From: Pseudomonadota bacterium
GTDB taxonomy: Bacteria; Bdellovibrionota_C; UBA2361; OMII01
Reading direction: 5' to 3'
DNA length: 41,239 bases
NCBI GenBank assembly: GCA_900299055.1
Contig: OMII01000052.1
Span: 1-41,239, forward strand
Below are positions 34,245-41,239 of the stretch, one piece after another. Below the pieces are notes generated by a model. That model was not told the DNA's origin and searched no databases. It saw nothing but the letters and a program-made list of their open reading frames with translations. A program made the position numbers and the translations under genes. The number at the start of each line of letters is the position of its first letter. Position 1 is the stretch's first letter.

Positions 34245-34715
34245 CTCTTCTTCTATAGTGGCGTGTTGGTATTTTTAAGCAAGCGAAAGGTGCCGTGCTC
34301 CCGATGGAGTCATGTGTGTGGCCAGTGGGTGTTGCGATCAGGCTGCATAAGGCTCTAATGATTCGGAAAAGCGGGCCTTAAGTCCTGATTTCGAGGTCCT
34401 CCGTGACCTGGGCGTTACGACCCATCGCCACGATACGTAGCGCATAGTGCAATAATGAACGTCTGCATTGTGGGGTAAGTGTCTGGTTCAGGTCGTGTGT
34501 ACCTTTCGGGTTGGCTGTGTTCTCAACGGAGCTAGGCTTTGCATTCCGTACCTCACGATACATGGAGCCCTGGAGGGGATGGCGGTCATACTCTATACCC
34601 GATGGTAGAGTAGATGGTCGGGGGCTTGAAGACGACCTTGCTCTAAGCCATACAGCGGCGCTAGCCTATCGACGGAAGATGTCGCTGTGGTTCGCTGGTT
34701 TAAGGGGCCGAGCGA

Positions 34716-36092
34716 ATGCGCGTTTTCCAAATGGCTGATATCGCCCCTGAGAGGCAACTAATGACCCAAGCAGTACGTAAAGAGCCGATGCCTGAGATGA
34801 GTACCGCGCGAGCTGTAGACGTGACAGTAGGAGCCCTTCATCTCCAAGATGTCCCCACGCAGCAAGCCTCGGTGTTGCCTGATCGCCGTGTTCGAGTGTG
34901 GTGGATGGCGACGGGGCTCATGGCAGCTATGGCAGTCCTCTTTGTTGTTTCGACTGCGACAGTTTCGACACTTCCGTGGATGTCGCTGGTACGGGCTTTC
35001 TCAGAGGCTGCGCTCGTAGGATCCCTCGCCGATTGGTTTGCGGTCACAGCCTTGTTCCGTCGGCCACTTGGTTTGCCTATTCCACATACTGGAATTGTTC
35101 CTCACAACAAGGCTCGGATCGGGAAAAGCCTTGGGCTCTTCGTGCAGAGAAACTTCTTAACAGAGAAGGTGCTCGATGAGCACGTGGTAAACATCTCTGG
35201 CAGCTTTGCGAGAATACTCCAGAACCCCGCGGCCCGGCAGAGAGTAGTGGGCCGGCTGCGCGCTCTGGTGCCTCACGTATTGGAGGTGCTTCGAGATGCA
35301 GAGATTAAGAGCTTCTTGAATGGCCAGATCGAAGAGATGATCCGTGGGACAGATGTGGCTAAGACTGCCGCGAAGATGCTTCGTATGCTCACAGCAAACC
35401 AGATGCATGAGACGTTGCTTGATGAGTTTCTTGGGCAGCTTCAGCAGTTTTTTAGGTCGAATCAGTTGTGGTTCCGACAACAGCTGCGGGAGGCGAGTCC
35501 ATGGTTCGTTCCCGAGATGGTGGATCGAAAGATTTTTGACGCTATCATGCGTAAAACAGAACAGACCCTGAGCGACGCCTTGGGTAATCGTGATCATGAG
35601 TTTCGCAAGCGGATTCTCGATGCGGTGTACGGGTTCATGGTAAAGCTCGAGACTGCTCCCGAATTACAGCGCAAGGCGGAGTCGCTCAAGACCCTTCTTT
35701 TACAGAGTGACTCATGCAGACAGTACGCAGACAGCATTCGAGAGAGTGTTTTGGCCGCTATTGATGCTGATGTCGAAAAGCGAGAGTCAGTTTTGCTGGG
35801 GGCGTGTGAGCGGGCGCTACAAAATCTCGTTGATACTCTTTCCGCTTCTCCGAAGCTTCAGCATAAAGTTAACCGCTTTATCCGAAACATCTTAAGTACC
35901 CTTGTGGGGCCTGAGAGTACCTACGTGGCTGACCTAATCGCTAAAACAATTGATGGTTGGGATACGAAGACGTTGGTCTCTAAACTTGAGGAGCAGGTAG
36001 GAGCGGATCTCCAGTACATTCGCATCAACGGAACGCTAGTGGGAGGAATGGTCGGGCTCGCACTGTACGCTATTGGGCGCTGGCTTAGCTAG
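34716..36092 (+). CDS. DUF445 family membrane protein (YjiN-like)
   Basis: EAALVGSLADWFAVTALFRRPLGLPIPHTGIVPHNKARIGKSLGLFVQRNFL is the signature N-terminal block of DUF445. C-terminal INGTLVGGMVGLALYAIG is a TM segment. The start is ambiguous (ATG 34716, 34731 or 34761). Confidence 0.7.
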   Translation: MRVFQMADIAPERQLMTQAVRKEPMPEMSTARAVDVTVGALHLQDVPTQQASVLPDRRVRVWWMATGLMAAMAVLFVVSTATVSTLPWMSLVRAFSEAALVGSLADWFAVTALFRRPLGLPIPHTGIVPHNKARIGKSLGLFVQRNFLTEKVLDEHVVNISGSFARILQNPAARQRVVGRLRALVPHVLEVLRDAEIKSFLNGQIEEMIRGTDVAKTAAKMLRMLTANQMHETLLDEFLGQLQQFFRSNQLWFRQQLREASPWFVPEMVDRKIFDAIMRKTEQTLSDALGNRDHEFRKRILDAVYGFMVKLETAPELQRKAESLKTLLLQSDSCRQYADSIRESVLAAIDADVEKRESVLLGACERALQNLVDTLSASPKLQHKVNRFIRNILSTLVGPESTYVADLIAKTIDGWDTKTLVSKLEEQVGADLQYIRINGTLVGGMVGLALYAIGRWLS

Positions 36093-36148
36093 ACACAGAG
36101 CGTGCCAGCCGTACAGCTACGTTGTAACACGATTTAAATCCGGCAAGA

Positions 36149-36171
36149 GGTGGCAGGCAGATCCTGCCACC
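36149..36171. terminator. bidirectional terminator-like hairpin between convergent genes
   Basis: GGTGGCAGG-CAGAT-CCTGCCACC: a perfect 9-bp stem with a 5-nt loop, between the DUF445 stop (36092) and the sodA stop (36184). No strong U-tract. Confidence 0.45.
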
Positions 36172-36183
36172 AACGATCCCTTC

Positions 36184-36798
36184 TTATCGAGGACGGCTTG
36201 CGTAGTGTGCCGCTACAATATCCCAGTTGATCAAGTTCCATACGGCGTCGAGGTAGTCGGCGCGTCGGTTTTGATAGTTGAGGTAGTAGGCGTGCTCCCA
36301 GACATCAACGCCAAGGATCGCGTGTTTGCCCTCCATCAGAGGATTGTCCTGATTTGGTGATGAGGTGATTGCCAGCGAGCCGTCTCGATTGGATACGAGC
36401 CATGCCCAGCCGGAGCCGAAGCGACCTAGGCCGGCAGTCTTAAACTTGGCCTTGAACTCATCAAAGTTTCCAAACGCAGAGTCCATTGCCTTTGCGAGGT
36501 CTCCGGTCGGAGCTTCACTCCCACCTGGAGTGAGGAGCTTCCAGAAGAAGTCGTGATTCCAGTGACCTCCACCATTGTTACGTACGGCCGTCCGAATGGC
36601 ATCGGGGACGGTGTCGAGGTGAGCCAGAATCTCCTCGAGGGGCTTGGCTGCGAGTGCCTCCTGATCCTTGAGGGCGTTGTTGAGGTTTGTAACGTATGTA
36701 GCGTGGTGCTTGCCGTGATGAATCTCCATCGTACGGGCGTCGATGTGTGGCTCGAGCGCATCGGTCGGATATGGAAGCGGCTTCAGTTCGAATGTCAT
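36184..36798 (-). CDS. sodA: superoxide dismutase, Mn-type
   Basis: [32 protein letters not shown] and [15 protein letters not shown] are canonical Fe/Mn SOD blocks. NNGGGHWNH and SSPNQDNPL (Gln in the C-terminal domain) point to the Mn-type. The ATG at 36798 has a GGAG SD, whereas the ORF track begins 6 codons earlier. Confidence 0.88.
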   Translation of the reverse strand: MTFELKPLPYPTDALEPHIDARTMEIHHGKHHATYVTNLNNALKDQEALAAKPLEEILAHLDTVPDAIRTAVRNNGGGHWNHDFFWKLLTPGGSEAPTGDLAKAMDSAFGNFDEFKAKFKTAGLGRFGSGWAWLVSNRDGSLAITSSPNQDNPLMEGKHAILGVDVWEHAYYLNYQNRRADYLDAVWNLINWDIVAAHYASRPR

Positions 36799-36897
36799 GG
36801 TAGGCTCCGTATGCACGTTTGTAGACCCCTGTCATAACGCCGTCGGGCGCCTCGTGGCAAGGGGTAGTTGGTGCACGTAGGCCTGCGCGGGCCGGTC

Positions 36898-37899
36898 CTA
36901 TGAGCAGGATTTGACCTTAGTTCTCGCGTGACTTCGCGAGCCCAGCGCTCGATGCGCCATTCGGGTTACCTCCTCGGCGCTTACTCCGATCAATATAACT
37001 CCCCCGATAATTGCGAACTCAAGTTGGGTTGGTATATCAATCAAAACGATAGCGTTCCTGAGTACCTGCATGAGCGTTGCACCGATCAGGATGCCGACAA
37101 TGCTGCACTCCCCGCCGCGTAGGCTGCATCCGCCAAGAACCGCCGCGGCGATCGCGTACAGCTCGTAAAAATTCCCAAAATCTGCGGGCTGCGCCGAGTT
37201 TACATCGAGGATAAAGAGCACTCCGGCGAATCCCGCTAGAGTTGCACATAGTGTGTAGGAGATGATGGTGACGCCCTGGGTGTTGATGCCACTGAATCGG
37301 GCGGCGGTCTCGTTTTTTCCCACGGCTTTGAGGTAGAGCCCGAACGGTGTGTGGTTAAAAATGATTGCGGCGAGGGCCATAATCCCAAATGTAACCAGAA
37401 CGAGACTGGGGATGTTAAACGGTAGAAGGCCGCCCAGTGTGAAGCGAGTGAGGGCGAGGCTTCGTAGCCCTTCGTGCGTCAGACCAAATCCTTGTGTCTG
37501 ATCGCCTGTGATGCCTCGGGCCAGACCACGATAGACAAGAAGGCCGCACAGGGTGACGATAAACGGCTGGAGTCGAAGCTTTGTGATGAGCACTCCGTGA
37601 CCGAATCCTATCATAATCGCCATCGCAAGCAGAGCGGGCAGCGCTATCCAGAGCGGGAGGCCCTGTGTGGTTACCATCCATGGGAGGAGGGTTCCCACAA
37701 GGCACACAACGGATCCAATCGAGAGGTCGATGCCTCCGCTTGTGATGACGAATGAAACGGCCACACTCAATAGTGCAAAGAGTGCCGTGCGGCGTAGCAC
37801 GTTCTCGATGTTGACCGGCGCGAGGAATCGGTCGTTGAGCATATAGGTGCACAGACACGCCGCGAGAAGAATGAGAAATAGCCCGACATTTTTTTTCAT
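36898..37899 (-). CDS. sugar ABC transporter permease (RbsC/BPD_transp_2 type)
   Basis: About 9-10 TM segments. GGIDLSIGS and PF.VTL...Y.G....TG blocks are typical of ribose-type permeases. A 4-nt ATGA overlap with the upstream ATPase gene. Confidence 0.85.
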   Translation of the reverse strand: MKKNVGLFLILLAACLCTYMLNDRFLAPVNIENVLRRTALFALLSVAVSFVITSGGIDLSIGSVVCLVGTLLPWMVTTQGLPLWIALPALLAMAIMIGFGHGVLITKLRLQPFIVTLCGLLVYRGLARGITGDQTQGFGLTHEGLRSLALTRFTLGGLLPFNIPSLVLVTFGIMALAAIIFNHTPFGLYLKAVGKNETAARFSGINTQGVTIISYTLCATLAGFAGVLFILDVNSAQPADFGNFYELYAIAAAVLGGCSLRGGECSIVGILIGATLMQVLRNAIVLIDIPTQLEFAIIGGVILIGVSAEEVTRMAHRALGSRSHARTKVKSCS

Positions 37900-39395
37900 G
37901 CTGCCTCCGATATTTGGTGTGCCGCAAGGCTCATCACGGCGTGTTCAGAGAACTCGCTTCGAGCAAGCTCTCCAGATACCTCGCCTTCGCACATAACGAC
38001 GACTCGATCGGAGATACCGAGTATCTCCTCAAGTTCACTTGAGACCACTACGATTGAGAGTCCTTTAGCGGCGAGGGAGAAGAGAATCTGATAGAGCTCG
38101 CGGCGTGCCCCAACATCGACTCCTCGCGTCGGTTCATCGAGCAGGAGGATGGAAGGTGATGATGCGAGACATCGTCCGAAGACAACTTTTTGCTGATTGC
38201 CACCCGAGAGCGTTCCAATAGCTTGTTCCGGTCCCGAGCACTTCACTCCCAGCGAGTTAATTCTTTCAAGGGCTTCTCTTCTTTCCGCATCGCGCGACCG
38301 ATGTGTGAAGTAGTTGCCACGAGCGGCGCGCGAGAGGGCGATAGAGTCGGAGATCGAAAACGACGATACTATTCCTTGCTCCTTTCTATTCTCAGGGACG
38401 AGTGCCATCCCTGCTTGAAGTGACTGGTAAGGTGTTTGAACAGAAATGATCGAGCCGTCGATCGAGATTGTGCCCGCGGCTGGTGGAGTAATGCCGGCGA
38501 TTGACTCAAGAAGTTCGGAGCGACCCGAGCCGATCAGCCCCGCGATGCCCACGATCTCTCCGGATCGCACCGTTAGGTGTAGTGGCGTGTGCCATGGAGT
38601 TGCTTGATAGTTTTCCAGGACAAGACGCGGCTCTCCGAGAGGTCTTTGGGTATAGCCATAGAGATCTTTTATTTGCCTTCCTACGATCAAGGAGATGAGA
38701 GTCGATCGATCCAGGTCTGCGCGTGCGGCTTCACCACTGTTTCTTCCGTCTCGAAGCGCAACAACACGATCTGAGATTGACTGCACCTCTGCCAAGCGAT
38801 GCGATACGTAAATGATAGCAACTCCTTGTGAGGCCAGGGATCGAATGCGCTCTAACAGTACCTCTCCGTCATGCTCACTTAAGCTTGAGGTCGGCTCATC
38901 GAAGATGATCAGGCGCGCGTCGAAAGCCATCGCTCGAGCGATCTCGACTAGTTGTTTTTGAGCTGAGGTTAACGACCCCACAATCCGAGAGGGAGCAAGG
39001 TCGCTACCGACTGACGTCAGGGCTTTAGTGGCACGGGTGTTCATCGCGTGCCTATCGATGAGTCCCCATCTGCGCGGTTCTCGACCTAGCGAGATGTTTT
39101 CGGCGATGGAGAGACTATCGACGAGGCTTATTTCCTGGTGCACGATGCCGATGCCAGCATTGATGGCAGTGGCAGGATCATTGAAGGTAATTGGCTCGCC
39201 ATCCCAGCGTATTGTTCCGCTGTTAGGTGGCGTTATCCCGGCGATAATCTTTGCGAGAGTGCTTTTCCCCGCGCCGTTTTCTCCGATAATAGAAACTATT
39301 TCGCCGGCTTGAATCGAAAACGACACTCCCTCTAACACCTGGTGCGTGTCGTACGATTTGTTTATTTCAGAGACTTCAAGCAGAGGGGCCATCAA
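37896..39395 (-). CDS. sugar ABC transporter ATP-binding protein (duplicated ATPase, RbsA/MglA type)
   Basis: Walker A GENGAGKST, signature LTSAQKQLVEIARA, Walker B LIIFDEPT. The second half has GLIGSGRSE, LSGGNQQKV and LLLDEPTRGVDV. Confidence 0.9.
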   Translation of the reverse strand: MMAPLLEVSEINKSYDTHQVLEGVSFSIQAGEIVSIIGENGAGKSTLAKIIAGITPPNSGTIRWDGEPITFNDPATAINAGIGIVHQEISLVDSLSIAENISLGREPRRWGLIDRHAMNTRATKALTSVGSDLAPSRIVGSLTSAQKQLVEIARAMAFDARLIIFDEPTSSLSEHDGEVLLERIRSLASQGVAIIYVSHRLAEVQSISDRVVALRDGRNSGEAARADLDRSTLISLIVGRQIKDLYGYTQRPLGEPRLVLENYQATPWHTPLHLTVRSGEIVGIAGLIGSGRSELLESIAGITPPAAGTISIDGSIISVQTPYQSLQAGMALVPENRKEQGIVSSFSISDSIALSRAARGNYFTHRSRDAERREALERINSLGVKCSGPEQAIGTLSGGNQQKVVFGRCLASSPSILLLDEPTRGVDVGARRELYQILFSLAAKGLSIVVVSSELEEILGISDRVVVMCEGEVSGELARSEFSEHAVMSLAAHQISEAA

Positions 39396-40402
39396 GGTGT
39401 GGTTTTCTTTTTCAAGTCGAGCCAGAACTCGTCAACGTTGGATCTCTCAATCGTTCGCGCTGGTATGTCTACGAACTTTGATTGAGGCACAGCGGCGCTG
39501 TTCCCCGCGATTAGCTCTTTGAGCAGTGTGACTGACTGCAAGCCATACTCGTACGGGTTTTGAACAACGGTCCCTACAACGTGCCCGTCCTTAATCCCTT
39601 GCAGCGTCTCGTCTGCTTCATCAAAAGAGTAGAGTTTTACTGAGCCCAGTTTTCCCGCCTGTTTGAGAGCCTCTAGACATAGCGGCGTGTTGTACGCAAA
39701 GAGCCCCACAATCGCGGTCAGCGATGGGTATCGTAGAAGGGCGTCCTCGCAGTTTGCTTTTGCTTTCACCCGATCGAATTGATCAGTAAGAGTTACCACG
39801 AACGTGTATGAGCCGTTCGAGATCTCTTGCCCAGGTGCATCGTAGCGAGTTGGATCAAATGATCTGTCGAGTACCTCGTCGATGACTCCTTGGCGACGCT
39901 TGCGAGCATTGTCCTGCTCGACCCGTCCCACAACGATGGCAAGTGAGCCTCCGTCGGGCATTGTTCGTTTGATCATTGCGCCAAGCATACGGCCCGCTTG
40001 ATAATTATCCATTCCTACGTAGGCTAGGCGCGTCGAGGCAGGTGCATCAGCGTCGTGCGTGATGAGTTTTGTGTGTAGCGCAGTGTCATTGAGAAAGCCG
40101 GTTTGATTATTGGCGTCGATAACACTGATCGCAATACCATCAACACCGCGGGTAAGTAGGTCCTCGACGATCCGTTTTTGATCTGCGATGCCTTCAGCTG
40201 GCATATGCACCGACACGGTAACGCCGAGATTGTTGCCAGCCGCCTCAGCTCCAATCTTGGCGATAGTCCAAAATGATGCGTTGCCGTTTGTGATGTAGGC
40301 GATATGCGGCCCCTTATGGGTATGGGAGCCAGATTTTTCGCAGCCGATGCCCATCAGAGCAAAAAGCGCGCAGAGTAGTGGTAACGAAAACGAGAGCCGC
40401 AT
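39392..40402 (-). CDS. sugar ABC transporter periplasmic substrate-binding protein (Peripla_BP type, possible lipoprotein)
   Basis: Signal sequence ending LMGIGC. IAYITNGNASFW...GVDGIAISVID...LITHDADAP...YVGMDNYQAGR...VGRVEQDNARKR are typical of RbsB-like binding proteins. A 4-nt overlap with the ATPase gene. Confidence 0.85.
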   Translation of the reverse strand: MRLSFSLPLLCALFALMGIGCEKSGSHTHKGPHIAYITNGNASFWTIAKIGAEAAGNNLGVTVSVHMPAEGIADQKRIVEDLLTRGVDGIAISVIDANNQTGFLNDTALHTKLITHDADAPASTRLAYVGMDNYQAGRMLGAMIKRTMPDGGSLAIVVGRVEQDNARKRRQGVIDEVLDRSFDPTRYDAPGQEISNGSYTFVVTLTDQFDRVKAKANCEDALLRYPSLTAIVGLFAYNTPLCLEALKQAGKLGSVKLYSFDEADETLQGIKDGHVVGTVVQNPYEYGLQSVTLLKELIAGNSAAVPQSKFVDIPARTIERSNVDEFWLDLKKKTTP

Positions 40403-40623
40403 GGCGGGATTATGTGCACAAGGAGACCTGAAAGTCAGTAGTTCTCTTTATAGTAGACGATTTGCTGATGCGTTGAAGCGATGTTTGCTTAGGCCGTGCC
40501 TCTCCGGGCAGTCAAGGCTGGGGGCTGGGCAGCCAAGAGGAAGTGAGAACGGGCTGGTCGTTTGCGCGGTGAGTGGACCACGCTGGCGCTAAGAACCAGC
40601 CATGGCCGAATCCGCGCCGCGTT

Positions 40624-41239
40624 CTAGCGACTATTCGAAGAGAGGCGTCTAATGCTTGCAGAAAAAGAGCGGCACACTGTGGCCATTCGACCTTTCGCAT
40701 CGGATGTGTTGCGATTGGCCCGTGGATTCCGGACTGCTACAAGACGACTCAGAGTGCTTGAGGATATTGAAGAGGAGATCTCCAGAGAGCGGAAATATTG
40801 CACCTCCGGTGGGAGGGTGGCTGATATCGCCGCTTGTCCATCTTTCAAGGCAAGAGACATCCCTGAGCAGGCAAGCACTCGTCCTGCTGTGTCGCGCGCA
40901 ATAATTTGCACTGCCGCACGTTCGGCCGAGCCGGCGTCACGGACCACAATCGCAACCTCTGTGCCGGACGATACGGACGAGGGAGAGACGCTCAGTGATG
41001 GTCTTGGAGGTCTGGTTGGCCGTGGAGCCGGTGTTTTGATGGGTGGCGTCTGAGGAGGAGCTGGGGTTGGCTCTGATGGCACCGGTGTCGTGGTCGCGGG
41101 CGGAGGTGTGGGTGATGGAGGCACCGGCGTTGGAGTTGATGGATCGGGAGTTGGCGTAAAAGGATCTGGTGTTGGGCTTGCTGGCGGTGACGTTGGCGTA
41201 GCGGGAATCGGAGTGGGGGTCGCTGGAATGGGGGTTGCA
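40624..41239 (-). CDS. Pro/Thr-rich protein, 5'-partial (continues beyond window end)
   Basis: I translated the minus-strand frame by hand from 41124 to 41239 and found no stop (…ATPIPATPTPIPATPTSPPASPTPDPFTPTPDPSTPTPVPPSPTPPPATTTPVP…). A short Ig-like-looking segment follows (SLSVSPSSVSSGTEVAIVVRD...). The coding status of the last ~50 codons is uncertain. Confidence 0.45.
   Translation of the reverse strand, partial: ATPIPATPTPIPATPTSPPASPTPDPFTPTPDPSTPTPVPPSPTPPPATTTPVPSEPTPAPPQTPPIKTPAPRPTRPPRPSLSVSPSSVSSGTEVAIVVRDAGSAERAAVQIIARDTAGRVLACSGMSLALKDGQAAISATLPPEVQYFRSLEISSSISSSTLSRLVAVRNPRANRNTSDAKGRMATVCRSFSASIRRLSSNSR

Overview
41.2-kb chromosomal window from a diderm (Gram-negative-type) bacterium. 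GC looks moderate by eye (not computed), and the lineage cannot be assigned from sequence alone. I support about 33 protein genes and saw no rRNA, tRNA or CRISPR array. Housekeeping genes: a two-domain cdd-like cytidine deaminase, panB, speA, an Mn-type sodA, a DUF445 membrane protein, a three-gene sugar ABC importer and an OmpR/histidine-kinase pair. The rest is envelope/secretome content: (a) an FGE - outer-membrane barrel - Cys-type sulfatase module bracketed by two 80-bp direct repeats (77/80 identical); (b) next to it, a Y1 HUH (IS200/RAYT-like) transposase preceded by three hairpin-bearing repeat units; (c) a DUF4105 + alpha/beta-hydrolase lipoprotein operon; (d) a metzincin protease divergent from a ~1340-aa secreted protein with ~14 'AKWNGxAWSxLG' blades, a P/T linker and an unknown C-terminus; (e) an ArnT-like GT-C glycosyltransferase with a divergent large membrane protein. 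The most system-like and least explained locus lies at 13.4-17.7 kb. On one side is a single-chain tandem MarR regulator and a 489-aa protein with three N-terminal '(P/R/T)IDLSxL' repeats and a C-terminal GNAT domain. On the other side is an operon of a small ORF, a circularly permuted YpsA (SLOG) protein and a 5-formyl-THF-cyclo-ligase-like paralogue. The shared promoter region carries two identical 13-bp near-palindromes. The SLOG and 5-FCL-like ORFs are in the same frame, separated by one TAG, with no canonical start for 25 codons. All family calls rest on motifs read by eye and need HMM confirmation.
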